Notes: a model not told the origin generated them from the sequence alone. Shown: positions 28,821 through 38,489, numbered from the stretch's first letter. The stretch: 64,000 nt of DNA from Candidatus Omnitrophota bacterium (GCA_030632085.1 DAOVJY010000001.1:66125-130124), one strand, 5' to 3'. Numbers and translations: made by a program.

Positions 28821-29455
28821 AAAACCTTTTCTTGATTTTTACTTAAAATAATATACTTTTTAATCACTTTTGCCGCCTTAATTAATTTCGGCTTCTTAAA
28901 CTTGTCTGCCATTTCAAGCAGCTTATCAAGGTTAATTTTTTCTACATTTTCCAGCCTTAACTCTTCTAAGTAAGCCCTATTTACTTTTACTTGCCTCAAG
29001 TAAATTAAATCTAATAATGCCTTCTCAGGGCAAGCCATATAACCGGTTTGCTTATTTACGGTAACTGAATCATAACCCCAGAAAAGCGTATTTTTAATAT
29101 GCCTGTAATCAAAAACACCAAGTTCATTTTTAAAAACTACGGCTCTCTTGGTGGTAATGCTCGTAAAAACGCTTACTGCTTCAGGAATAAGGTTATGAAA
29201 TTCAAGCGCCTTCTCCAAGCTGATATATGAAGGCCTCTTTAAGCACGCGGCTAAGTAAGGCTCATAAACTTCAATTTTTCTATAAGCAGATGATAATAAA
29301 TAAATTCCTCTTCGCAGCTGTAAAACCTTACCCGCTCTTTGCCAACGGCTCAACTGAACACGAATGTCATCAGGCAGAATATCTCCACCCAAGAGATTAT
29401 CAACCTCAATAACCGGTAAATCTTTAACTGTATTTACAAAATCATCCCATTTCAT
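28817..29455 (-). CDS. AbiEi-family antitoxin/transcriptional regulator
   Basis: 212-aa ORF overlapping AbiEii by 4 nt; VQLSRWQRAGKVLQLRRGIYLL resembles AbiEi N-terminal wHTH. Confidence 0.6.
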   Translation of the reverse strand: MKWDDFVNTVKDLPVIEVDNLLGGDILPDDIRVQLSRWQRAGKVLQLRRGIYLLSSAYRKIEVYEPYLAACLKRPSYISLEKALEFHNLIPEAVSVFTSITTKRAVVFKNELGVFDYRHIKNTLFWGYDSVTVNKQTGYMACPEKALLDLIYLRQVKVNRAYLEELRLENVEKINLDKLLEMADKFKKPKLIKAAKVIKKYIILSKNQEKVL

Positions 29456-29464
29456 ACCATTAAT

Positions 29465-29480
29465 TTATCATATTTGATAA
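29465..29480. promoter_or_regulatory. inverted repeat TTATCA-TATT-TGATAA upstream of AbiEi, candidate operator
   Basis: perfect 6-bp arms about 10 nt upstream of AbiEi start. Confidence 0.3.
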
Positions 29481-29520
29481 GATAATGCAATAAATTAATA
29501 AAAATAATTTAATATCTTTT

Positions 29521-30039
29521 TTACGGTTTAAAAACTAAAAAACTAACTAAAAAACAACCGCTCCCTAAAACCTCAAAAATATCCTTAGTCACCTGCACCA
29601 TATACGCGGTAGCAGGCACAGCATCATTTACCGCTAAAAAGAAACCCAGTAATAAAACAACGATAAAGGCGTTAATCCCGGCTATAAAATAGCTATAACT
29701 TAATCTCTCCTCACGCAGGATTGAATTCAACATCATGATAACTATTAATCCTAATATCACAAACGCGAAGTCAATAATAAACCCGGGCTGCTTGTATAAT
29801 TTTAGCCAGGAAGCATATTCCATGCTTAAATTAATAAATCTAATGCCGTCATGTAAAAACCAGTTACCGATTATATTATCAAAGTCAAAAAACTTATTCA
29901 AGCCGGTTAATAAAAAGACGGCCCAGGCAAAGTGCCAGCGAAAAGACTTAGTCTTCATCGCCACTCTTAATAAAACAAAAGCCGCAAAAAATAATAATAA
30001 ATATGTAGCCGTATTTAAGAAAAGCTGTAAATTAGTCAT
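29521..30039 (-). CDS. hypothetical membrane protein (4-5 TM helices)
   Basis: 172-aa hydrophobic ORF overlapping the upstream GT gene by 8 nt. Confidence 0.45.
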   Translation of the reverse strand: MTNLQLFLNTATYLLLFFAAFVLLRVAMKTKSFRWHFAWAVFLLTGLNKFFDFDNIIGNWFLHDGIRFINLSMEYASWLKLYKQPGFIIDFAFVILGLIVIMMLNSILREERLSYSYFIAGINAFIVVLLLGFFLAVNDAVPATAYMVQVTKDIFEVLGSGCFLVSFLVFKP

Positions 30040-31156
30040 TGTTATATTCCTTGTATTTAGTATCTATAAATTCTCTCATATTTTTCTTAAATGTCTCTTT
30101 GTCGAATTTAAGAGCATGCGCCCTTATCTTCTGCGCGTTAAAATCCTTAGAATTAAAATTCTGAACCGCTTCAATTAAGGCATCTTTATCCTGAGAATAA
30201 AAGAATTTACCTGTTATATAGTTGTTCGAGGTTTCGCCTCGAACATAATCTACTACGGTTTCTAAAACACCGCCCTTGCCGTAAGCGATTACCGGCCGGC
30301 CTGAAGCCTTGGCTTCTACCGGAATCATGCCAAAGTCCTCTTCACCCGTATATATAAGGGCTTTAGCCCTTTTATAATAGCCGGCTAACTCCTCATCATC
30401 TATCCTGCCTAAAAACTCGATATTTTCAGACGACATAGCTTTTAACTTAGCCTGATCACTGCCTGAACCTATAATCTTTAAAGGCAGCCCTAATTCATTA
30501 AAAGCCAAAACTGCCACATCTATCCTTTTATATTCCCTCAAGCGTGAGACCACTAAATAATAATCCCCCACCTCAGCTGATATACTAAACTTATTTACCT
30601 CAACCGGAGGATAAATAACAAAGGCCTCTCTCTTGTAAAAATCTTTAATTCTTCCGGCTACATTTTTAGAATTAGCTATAAAGTAATCCACATGCCTCGA
30701 TGAATTAATATCTATTTTCTTTAGATATTTAATTACATACGGCAGCAAAAACAATAATACACCATGAATATCTTCTCTTTTAACATAATCCTCATACATC
30801 CAGATAAACCTGGCCGGTGTATGGCAATAACAGATATGACAAGTATGCTTATTTAACCTTAAACATTTCCCAAAAGCGCTGGATGATGAAATAACCAGAT
30901 CATACTCATTTAAATTAAATGCTTCAAAGGCCGCGTGATACAACACCAAATACTTCTTAAAATGCTTAAATACACCGGGCAGCTTCTGCATAAAAGAAAC
31001 CCTGATATCCATATCCTTAAAACTTGAAGGCATATGTTCTTTATCATATATAGAAGTATAAATAGGGGCCTCGGGGTACATCTCATGTAAGACCTCTACA
31101 ACCTTTTCCGCCCCGCCATACTGATTTAAAAAGTCATGAACTATTGCTACTTTCAT
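30032..31156 (-). CDS. glycosyltransferase family 4 (GT-B fold)
   Basis: C-terminal EDFGMIPVEAKASGRPVIAYGKGGVLETV E-x7-E motif region. Confidence 0.8.
   Translation of the reverse strand: MKVAIVHDFLNQYGGAEKVVEVLHEMYPEAPIYTSIYDKEHMPSSFKDMDIRVSFMQKLPGVFKHFKKYLVLYHAAFEAFNLNEYDLVISSSSAFGKCLRLNKHTCHICYCHTPARFIWMYEDYVKREDIHGVLLFLLPYVIKYLKKIDINSSRHVDYFIANSKNVAGRIKDFYKREAFVIYPPVEVNKFSISAEVGDYYLVVSRLREYKRIDVAVLAFNELGLPLKIIGSGSDQAKLKAMSSENIEFLGRIDDEELAGYYKRAKALIYTGEEDFGMIPVEAKASGRPVIAYGKGGVLETVVDYVRGETSNNYITGKFFYSQDKDALIEAVQNFNSKDFNAQKIRAHALKFDKETFKKNMREFIDTKYKEYNND
30224..30244. repeat. GTTCGAGG hairpin element inside GT4 coding sequence (GTTCGAGG-TTTCG-CCTCGAAC)
   Basis: same palindrome as 21615..21639 in opposite orientation; in frame it encodes VRGETSN within the GT4 C-terminal region. 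Confidence 0.55.
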
Positions 31157-31167
31157 ATTATAGAACC

Positions 31168-31196
31168 TTTATTCTGTTCCACCGCCGCGGTGGAAC
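31168..31196. repeat. palindrome CTGTTCCACCGC-C-GCGGTGGAACAG (12-bp stem), GGTGGAACAG family
   Basis: intergenic between two GT4 genes; shares GCGGTGGAACAGTGGG with 2433..2467. Confidence 0.6.
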
Positions 31197-31202
31197 AGTG
31201 GG

Positions 31203-32324
31203 TTATATATTCAATACCTCTTTATAGACATTCCAAGTTTCCTGGGCTGATTTCTTCCATGAGAAGTTCTTTGCTTTCTTAAGGCCTCTGTTTCTGTAAT
31301 CGTCATAGACATTCGCGTCTAATAAAAGTTTTCTCATGGCCGAAGCAATCTCATGAGGCTTATTAGGATCAACTTTCATTGCCGCTTCACCTACTACTTC
31401 CTTTAAAGATGAAATATTAGAAGTTATAACAGGTGTCCCGCAGGCCATACTTTCAATTAACGGCAGTCCAAAACCTTCATAAAAAGATACATAGACAAAC
31501 AACCGCGCCATATTATACATTAAGGGTAAATGGTCGTTTTCCACATATCCCGCGAATATCACCCTCTCCTCTAAACCCAACTTCTTTACACCCTCAAAAA
31601 TATTCTCATAATCCCATCCCTTACTTCCGGCAACAACCAGTTTATAACCCGGTAATTCATCAAGGCATAAACTAAATGCCTTTAATAAACCGGGAACATT
31701 TTTCCTGGGCTCAAGCGTACCCACATAAAGAATATATTTATCAGGCAGGCTGTATTTTTGCCTGATTTCATTCTGCAGTTCAATATCATCAATAACCTTA
31801 AAATTATCTGAAATACCGTTATAAATAACCTTTATTTTATCAGGATTAATACCATAGCAATCAACTATGTCATTTTTAGTATTTCCTGAGACAGCAATAA
31901 TCTTATCCGCCTTCTTACATGACATTTTGGTAAAGTTAGTTAAATACCAAGTCTGTAACCTACCGTGGCTTTTCTTCAGCCTGATAAATGATAAGTCATG
32001 GACCGTGACAACTGTTTTACACCCACTAAATATAGGCATTATATTCGCCGGGCAGTGAATTAAATCAATCTTGTTTTTTTTAAGTAAAACAGGTAGAACA
32101 AACTGCTCCCATAAAATGCGCACTTGCCTGTTGCTGGTTGGAAATAAGGTCTCAAGGCAGTTAAAATTATCTATAATACTGGAATTCTTCTTTACAAAGA
32201 CATTCAAGTTACCTAACCCCAACTCCACATAAACCATTAACAGCTTATAGATATACTGGGATAAACCTGTATTTCTATAGTTTTTATCTGCTGATAGTAA
32301 TTGCGCGTTCATAGCTATTTTCAT
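31203..32324 (-). CDS. glycosyltransferase family 4
   Basis: [30 protein letters not shown] motif. Confidence 0.8.
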   Translation of the reverse strand: MKIAMNAQLLSADKNYRNTGLSQYIYKLLMVYVELGLGNLNVFVKKNSSIIDNFNCLETLFPTSNRQVRILWEQFVLPVLLKKNKIDLIHCPANIMPIFSGCKTVVTVHDLSFIRLKKSHGRLQTWYLTNFTKMSCKKADKIIAVSGNTKNDIVDCYGINPDKIKVIYNGISDNFKVIDDIELQNEIRQKYSLPDKYILYVGTLEPRKNVPGLLKAFSLCLDELPGYKLVVAGSKGWDYENIFEGVKKLGLEERVIFAGYVENDHLPLMYNMARLFVYVSFYEGFGLPLIESMACGTPVITSNISSLKEVVGEAAMKVDPNKPHEIASAMRKLLLDANVYDDYRNRGLKKAKNFSWKKSAQETWNVYKEVLNI

Positions 32325-32352
32325 AATGGATTATCCTTTTGCATCATCCCAA

Positions 32353-32377
32353 AACACCACCTTGAAGGTGGAATGTT
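32353..32377. repeat. short palindrome AACACCACCTT-G-AAGGTGGAATGTT related to GGTGGAAC family
   Basis: 7-bp perfect stem CCACCTT/AAGGTGG; intergenic between GT genes. Confidence 0.4.
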
Positions 32378-32386
32378 GGTTATACT

Positions 32387-33826
32387 TCAGTTTAATAGCT
32401 CCTTATATATTGAATAATGTTTTTCTGCAACAATTTCATTTTTATAATTATTTAAAGCGTATTCTCTTCCTCGTTTAATCATTTCCTCTCTTGCTTTTTG
32501 ATTATTCATTACACTCAAAATAGCATCTTTTAGCTTCCGTACGTCACTTTCTCTAAATACAATGCCACAACCAGCCATTGTTTCAGGTACAGAACCGCTA
32601 TCAGAGCCTATTACAGGCACGCCATACATAAAAGCTTCAGCTATCATTCGCCCAAACTGCTCTTTCCAGCGAGCCGTTGTCCTTGAGGGAGCAACTAAGA
32701 CATCCATTTTAGCATAATATTCAGACATGTCTTCTCTTTTTACCGCACCTGCAAATTCGACTCTATCTGCTATATTTCTAAATTTAATTATTTTCAATAT
32801 TTTACTCTTTAGTGGGCCATCTCCCACTACAAGTAGTTTATAAACTTTACTCAACTGATTACACGCGTTAACCAGATCCAATATGCCCTTTTCTTCAACT
32901 AGCCTGCCTACATAACCAATAACAAAAACTTCATTCTTATCTTTCTTAATTTCGTCAGATATATCCAAAGCCAAAGGAACAACTTCTATTTTACCTTGAT
33001 AACCCTTTGCGCGCAAGACATCCACAACGCCCTTACTACATGGATAACAATAATCAGCATTATTAAATGTAAACTTTTCAATAAAATTAAATGGAAAAGG
33101 ATATTTTTTGTTAATGTTTTGTGCTGAATAAAACATAACCTTGCTTTTCCTAAGAAAGAGCTTCCTAAATAATAATATCTGTAAAGTTGTTAAACTCCAA
33201 GGCTCTTCATAAATATCAATAATATCCGGCTTTATCTGCCATAATAACTTATAAACGCCAAATATATAAAAACTTAATGCTGTATGACTAGTGAATAATA
33301 TTCTTCCTTTATATATAGTGTAGTCCTTATTATAATCCTTTTCAAGATATACTTTTCTAGACTCCTCACGCCACCAATGTGGAGCTAAAAGGCTAATCTC
33401 TAAATCCTTATGCTTAGCTAATTCTTCAATTCGCCTTTGATTATTCTTAGTTACAAAATGATGCCCGGTAACTAAAACCTTTAACTTTTTTTCAACCCTA
33501 TTATCAGGATTAAGTAATTCTTCATATATTTTAGCGGTCTCTCTCGCCATGCGCTCAGCCGTAAAGAGTTCTATCGCCCTTTTTTGGCCTTCAAGAGCTA
33601 AATTATAAGCATATTTTCTATCATCAAATAGCGATATTATTCCATTTGCAAGTGATTTAGAGTCTTTTGGTGGTACCAATAACCCACTTTTACCATTTAT
33701 TATGATTTCTTTTGGGCCACCGACATCTGTAGCAACAACAGGCTTACCCCTCATCTGAGCTTCTATTACCGCAAGGCCAAATGGCTCTTCTGTGGCGGGA
33801 AGCACAAATAGATCAATATCATCCAA
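32387..33826 (-). CDS. glycosyltransferase family 4 preceded in frame by an extra C-terminal GT4 fragment (TTG start)
   Basis: residues 1-110 DLFVLPATEEPFGLAVIEAQMRGKPVVATDVGGPKEIIINGKSGLLV are a GT4 C-terminal half; residues about 115-479 form a complete GT4 with EQFGRMIAEAFMYGVPVIGSDSGSVPE. Confidence 0.7.
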   Translation of the reverse strand: MDDIDLFVLPATEEPFGLAVIEAQMRGKPVVATDVGGPKEIIINGKSGLLVPPKDSKSLANGIISLFDDRKYAYNLALEGQKRAIELFTAERMARETAKIYEELLNPDNRVEKKLKVLVTGHHFVTKNNQRRIEELAKHKDLEISLLAPHWWREESRKVYLEKDYNKDYTIYKGRILFTSHTALSFYIFGVYKLLWQIKPDIIDIYEEPWSLTTLQILLFRKLFLRKSKVMFYSAQNINKKYPFPFNFIEKFTFNNADYCYPCSKGVVDVLRAKGYQGKIEVVPLALDISDEIKKDKNEVFVIGYVGRLVEEKGILDLVNACNQLSKVYKLLVVGDGPLKSKILKIIKFRNIADRVEFAGAVKREDMSEYYAKMDVLVAPSRTTARWKEQFGRMIAEAFMYGVPVIGSDSGSVPETMAGCGIVFRESDVRKLKDAILSVMNNQKAREEMIKRGREYALNNYKNEIVAEKHYSIYKELLN

Positions 33827-34037
33827 AAACCTTGATATATCATCATCGAAACCCCCACACCCATTAATAAACCTAATATAGCCCCAAAGACGGTATTAGA
33901 TACAGGCCGAGGCCTTATGAGCCCCTTATTGGTTATTATTGGTTAGTTTTTAGCGGATAGCGGTTAGAGGGTTTTATTGAATCAGTTTCTCTATTACAGT
34001 GATAGATTGTGATTTAGTATTCATTAATCTGTGATTA

Positions 34038-34817
34038 CTATTTTGTAGTCTTTCTTATAAAGCTAAAGATACCTAAGAAGCCGGTAATAAACATCATAAT
34101 AGTGGATGGTTCCGGAACGGCTTGGACATTAAGAGTACCTTCACAAGTAGCGCCATCGCTATGGCTAAATGGTTCATAAGAGGGATCTCGGCTGCCCCAG
34201 CCTTCCATATCATATTGTATATCGCTATAAAATACATTACGCACCATATCACCCGGCAGAACTTCCGGATCCTCTTCATCATAGTCATTGTTGTTAGTAT
34301 CCCAGTAAAGCTCAACAGTAAAGGTAAAATCGCCTAAATCGGGGCCGGTTGGGCGAAGATAATATGAAGAATCCGCCGTTGACCACTTTAAGGTATACAT
34401 ACCCGGGTGGTGAGTGGTGATGTCCGTAACCCACTTGCCACCAGCATCAGCTGTAAGAGTTGGTTCCGGTGAACTTTCCTTGCAGACTAATTTTGAGCCC
34501 CACATGGGACCAATAGTAGTCTGATAACTTATAAAGGTATAAAGACCAGAAATACCTTCACCAGCGCCTAAACCATCTCTCCAGTTCAAATAAGTATTAT
34601 AATCGTTAGGCTGGGTATGAGGATCTTCCGGATTATAGAATGTCTCGTATGTAACCGCACCGGAATCTCTACAAAATTGACGGGCATTCAATTGGGTTGA
34701 CATAGTCTCGCCGGGCACGCTTTCATCTCCGGCTGAAATGGGATATAAGTCTATTAAGTCATTTGGGCTAAACTCAATAGTTATACCCTTTGCTTCAGAC
34801 ATAAAAATATTGACCAA
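34038..34817 (-). CDS. PEP-CTERM domain secreted protein
   Basis: C-terminus AVPEPSTIMMFITGFLGIFSFIRK. Confidence 0.75.
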   Translation of the reverse strand: MVNIFMSEAKGITIEFSPNDLIDLYPISAGDESVPGETMSTQLNARQFCRDSGAVTYETFYNPEDPHTQPNDYNTYLNWRDGLGAGEGISGLYTFISYQTTIGPMWGSKLVCKESSPEPTLTADAGGKWVTDITTHHPGMYTLKWSTADSSYYLRPTGPDLGDFTFTVELYWDTNNNDYDEEDPEVLPGDMVRNVFYSDIQYDMEGWGSRDPSYEPFSHSDGATCEGTLNVQAVPEPSTIMMFITGFLGIFSFIRKTTK

Positions 34818-35284
34818 AAATAGAACTGAAACAATTATAAATAATCTTTTAATTGAAGCCTTTTATTATTATACTGGTTATACCTGATTAAAAGTTTTAT
34901 TACTAAAGTTTATTAATACTTAAATTTAATTACTGTAATTTATAATATATCAAATCAAATCGCTATTGTCAACTCAATATATTTGTGTTTTTCCGCTGGA
35001 ATATTTTATTGGTATTTGAGGGTTATTAGATGAAATTATTTCACTACAATATCTTGCGGTGTCCGGTAGAAAATAGAGCAAAAGTTTGAAAGTATCAAAG
35101 TGTAAAAAGATTGTTTGACAGAAAAGGATATTTATGTTAGTTTATTTGCTTGAAGTAAAATGTAAAAGAACTTATCCCCCCAGCATTCTTTGGGAATCAA
35201 AAAATAGGGATTAATTCGCTCAGCAACTTACGAGCGCTTCGCTCCATAAGGTACGCGTTCATTATTTATAAGGAGAGACAAGCA

Positions 35285-35515
35285 ATGCCTAGAGTATGTT
35301 ATGTATGTAATAAAGGAACAACGGCCGGCCGCAGTATTAAAAGACGCGGTAAAGCCAAAAAAGATGGCGGCGTAGGCCGTAACATAACCGGCATAACTAA
35401 AAGAACCTTCAAGCCTAATTTACAGAGGGTTAAAATTGAAGAGAACGGCCAGACAAAAAGAGTTCAAGTCTGCGCTAAATGCCTTAAGGCCGGTAAAGTT
35501 AAAAAAGCTATATAA
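35285..35515 (+). CDS. rpmB: 50S ribosomal protein L28
   Basis: MPRVCYVCNKGTTAGRSI...TKRTFKPNLQRV matches bL28; strong GGAGAG RBS. Confidence 0.85.
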   Translation: MPRVCYVCNKGTTAGRSIKRRGKAKKDGGVGRNITGITKRTFKPNLQRVKIEENGQTKRVQVCAKCLKAGKVKKAI

Positions 35516-35519
35516 TTAT

Positions 35520-35552
35520 AACCCTTCTTTAATTGTTGAAGGGTTTTAGTTT
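35520..35552 (+). terminator. rho-independent terminator of rpmB (AACCCTTC-loop-GAAGGGTT + TTAGTTT)
   Basis: 8-bp stem 5 nt after the stop codon followed by T-rich tract. Confidence 0.6.
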
Positions 35553-35596
35553 AATACCCTAAACAATAATTTCCCCTTAAAAGACAGAATAATCTA

Positions 35597-35625
35597 TTGA
35601 CAAATACGAACACGTAGTATATAAT
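35597..35625 (+). promoter_or_regulatory. consensus sigma70 promoter TTGACA-17-TATAAT driving a noncoding transcript
   Basis: perfect hexamers with 17-nt spacer, no ORF downstream. Confidence 0.55.
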
Positions 35626-35631
35626 AATATA

Positions 35632-35737
35632 GTAAGCAAGAAAATGATCTTTGAGGTGTGAGTAAAAATATAGAAGTTTTGGCCCTAGTTTCGAGGTTCT
35701 GCCTTCCCCCCTAAAAAAACTAGGGCTGCTTTTTGCC
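35632..35737 (+). ncRNA. candidate small RNA (~105 nt) with terminal 9-bp stem, 27-nt C-rich loop and U-tail
   Basis: transcript bounded by consensus promoter and GCCCTAGTT...AACTAGGGC hairpin followed by TGCTTTTTG; loop contains CCTTCCCCCC. Confidence 0.35.
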
Positions 35738-35858
35738 TATTTTAGGTGTTGATGTTCTCAATTAAGCTTAAATAAAAAAAGTTACCATACAAAATGTCAA
35801 TTAGACAACATTGTATGGTAACTTCGTATTAAAAACTTAAAATCTAAATAATAACTTA

Positions 35859-36419
35859 TTACTTTGTGATAACGAGAGTCTTTATGGCCTTATCAAAGGC
35901 ACCTAAATCCCGATCAAAAGCCTTTCGCGTCTTGGAATTAAGTATAATCCCGTAAAAATATTTATCGGTTACGATATATATCCTCTTTTGATAAATGGTA
36001 ATCCCTCTTGCTGAAAACTTATCAATCATCCGATAAGCGTCATATTCCTTTAAATCCACAGGGCCTTTATCTTTTAATTCAAACTCAACGTCCTTATTAG
36101 CTCTCATGTTGGATATATCTATATCTACCGCCTCTTCGGCCGTGAAGTTCATAGAATTATTCTGAGCTAAAAAGACAATGTCTGAATCGAAATCATCAGA
36201 AAAAAACTGAACTAAAAAAACATGCGGGCCCAAATCGCTTTGCTTACATTTTTTCATTGACCAAATATCCGCAATGGTTATAGAAGCGCCGCATTCATCA
36301 TTCGTAAAAGTAGCCCCGGTAAGCACAACCGTATTAACCGGAGAACATGATATAAGCATTGTCCCCAGTAAAGCAAAAATCGTAATAATCAGGAAAACTC
36401 TACTCTTCATAAGAATCAC
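35859..36419 (-). CDS. hypothetical lipoprotein
   Basis: lipobox LISC; 186 aa. Confidence 0.45.
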   Translation of the reverse strand: MILMKSRVFLIITIFALLGTMLISCSPVNTVVLTGATFTNDECGASITIADIWSMKKCKQSDLGPHVFLVQFFSDDFDSDIVFLAQNNSMNFTAEEAVDIDISNMRANKDVEFELKDKGPVDLKEYDAYRMIDKFSARGITIYQKRIYIVTDKYFYGIILNSKTRKAFDRDLGAFDKAIKTLVITK

Positions 36420-36499
36420 TTCCTCCTTTTAATCACTTTCAAAATCAATGATAATAACAACGATACCGCGTTTCTTCCGCAAACCGCTATCCTTTCTGT

Positions 36500-36802
36500 T
36501 TAATAACAGCTGCTGTTGAGAACTTTTTTATATATGTGATTCATTACCAAGGCCGGTGTGACTAATAATATACAAGTGTAGACTACAATAATAAAGGTTA
36601 AAATATTTTTTTTAGCCCGGCTCATAGACGGATTTTTAAATATTAAAGGTAAAGTAAGGGGCCCAAATAGGACTATAGCTGGATAAATTACCCGGGACTT
36701 ATAATACCAGTGTATTTCTCCGTTATTTTTAAGAAAATCACCGCAGGCGCGGCAATAATTATCCTGATCATCTACCATCCGGCCGCACTTAGCGCAAATC
36801 AC
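36500..36802 (-). CDS. zinc-ribbon domain membrane protein
   Basis: N-terminal CAKCG...CRACG zinc ribbon followed by two TM helices. Confidence 0.45.
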   Translation of the reverse strand: MICAKCGRMVDDQDNYCRACGDFLKNNGEIHWYYKSRVIYPAIVLFGPLTLPLIFKNPSMSRAKKNILTFIIVVYTCILLVTPALVMNHIYKKVLNSSCY

Positions 36803-38010
36803 TATTGGATATCCCCGGCTTTCTTTAGGGCAATCTTTGTGCAGATAGGGCCGATGAGTTCGTAGAAAACGGTGGTCATAACTATGGTTGAAAATATCAT
36901 ACCGCCTACACTCACACCGTTTATTTCATTCACAAAAGCAGATTTGGCTATTAAGGCCAGGCCTAAAGCCACACCGGCCTGGGGAGCTAAACCTAAACCG
37001 ATAAACTTTTTAACGCTATTTTGGGCTTTAGCCGCGTGAGCGCCTAAGGAAGCGCCAATCATCTCGCCCGGCAGCCTGCTAAAGACATATATGCAGCCTA
37101 AGACCCCGATAATACCCAAGAAATTAGCATCATTAATTATTAAATTCACACCGGCTAAGACAAAGAACAATAAATAAAAAGGTGAATCAACCGCCCTTAA
37201 GGCATCAAAGAACTTAAAGCTGGTTTTGTTTATATTAACTAGCACCGCCGCTAAAACCATATTAGCTAAAAGGACCGATAAGCCAAAGTGAATCGCCAAA
37301 CCCGCGGTTAAAAGAATAAAACCCAAAGTATATATTAATAAATCGGAAGAGTTTGTTATAAACTTAGAAATTTTAGATAAAATAATTCCCAGAACTCCTC
37401 CTAAAACTAGAGCGCCCACTATTTCAATACCGGCACGCATTATACCGGTTAAAACAGTATCTGTAGCTAAACCATGGACGCCCGCCATGCTCTTGGCAAT
37501 TGCCAGACAGAACGCGAACAAGATAATGCCCCAGGCATCGTCTATAGCCACAACACCCAATAAGGTATCGGTAAAAGTACCCTTAGCCTTAAATTCCCTG
37601 GTAACCATAACTATAGCCGCCGGTGCCGTCGCCGGAGCAATAGCCCCAAACACTAACGCGATATAAAAAGGCTGCTTGGCTATAAGCCAGATACATAAAG
37701 TTACCACCAGCCAGGCACCGATAACCTCACCTATTGAAATATATAAAATAGACCTGCCTATTCTCCTAAACCTTTCTACGGAAAAGTTCTGACCTAAGCT
37801 AAAAGCGATAAAACTAAGAACTATATTTGAAATAAGGCCGGATGATTCTAGAATTCCGGATGAAACCAGATTAAGTAAGGAAGGGCCTATAGCTATACCC
37901 AGTAATAAATAAGCCGTAATTGTCGGAATTCTGAGCTTTCTAATCAGCTTAGCTGATAAAAGTCCGGCTAAAAGAATAATTCCTAAACTAAAAGCGGTAT
38001 TAATATCCAC
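36802..38010 (-). CDS. cation:proton antiporter (CPA family, Na+/H+ or K+/H+ exchanger membrane domain)
   Basis: 402 aa, about 12 TM helices, glycine-rich helices typical of CPA1/CPA2 transporters. Confidence 0.7.
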   Translation of the reverse strand: MDINTAFSLGIILLAGLLSAKLIRKLRIPTITAYLLLGIAIGPSLLNLVSSGILESSGLISNIVLSFIAFSLGQNFSVERFRRIGRSILYISIGEVIGAWLVVTLCIWLIAKQPFYIALVFGAIAPATAPAAIVMVTREFKAKGTFTDTLLGVVAIDDAWGIILFAFCLAIAKSMAGVHGLATDTVLTGIMRAGIEIVGALVLGGVLGIILSKISKFITNSSDLLIYTLGFILLTAGLAIHFGLSVLLANMVLAAVLVNINKTSFKFFDALRAVDSPFYLLFFVLAGVNLIINDANFLGIIGVLGCIYVFSRLPGEMIGASLGAHAAKAQNSVKKFIGLGLAPQAGVALGLALIAKSAFVNEINGVSVGGMIFSTIVMTTVFYELIGPICTKIALKKAGDIQ

Positions 38011-38489
38011 TAGATAACTCCGCTTTCTTTAAATAGAGCCAGGATTATATCAAATAAACATATAATTCCAACTAATTTTTCGCCCTCAACCACAAAAAGT
38101 CTTTGAAAATCATGTACCTTCATTTGATTATAAGCGTGGTTTATATCATCATCCGGATTTACAGTAACAATCTTAGATGACATAATATCATCAGCTACTA
38201 CCAGAAAGCCCATTTCGGGTGATAAATCCGCAGTTGAAAGCTGTTGTTCGGTAACCTGATCGATAAAAGGAATACTTTTTAACAACTGTTTGGTCTCGGA
38301 ATCAATAGGTTCAAACACTTTTAAGACATCTTCAAAATCCAGCATGCCAACCAACTTGTTATTAGGATCGAGTACAGGCAGTACATGGTGGTTCTTATCT
38401 TTAAAGGTTCTGATTATTTCTGAAAGAGGCGTACCGCGGGAAACACTTACCACGTTCTTACTCATACAGTCTGATACTTTCAACTTCAT
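38010..38489 (-). CDS. CBS domain pair protein
   Basis: two CBS-like repeats (VVSVSRGTPLSEIIRTF..., IVTVNPDDDINHAYNQMKVHDF...); translationally coupled to the antiporter. Confidence 0.65.
   Translation of the reverse strand: MKLKVSDCMSKNVVSVSRGTPLSEIIRTFKDKNHHVLPVLDPNNKLVGMLDFEDVLKVFEPIDSETKQLLKSIPFIDQVTEQQLSTADLSPEMGFLVVADDIMSSKIVTVNPDDDINHAYNQMKVHDFQRLFVVEGEKLVGIICLFDIILALFKESGVI

Noticed and set aside
29521-30039. Possibility that the 172-aa membrane ORF is the missing exosortase
   Set aside because: Too short (exosortases are about 280 aa or more with 8 TM helices) and lacks the conserved Cys-Ser-Gly/Arg/Asn active-site residues in context.
35644-35661. Mini-ORF MIFEV inside the candidate sRNA
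   Set aside because: No Shine-Dalgarno sequence and only 5 codons; more likely coincidental.
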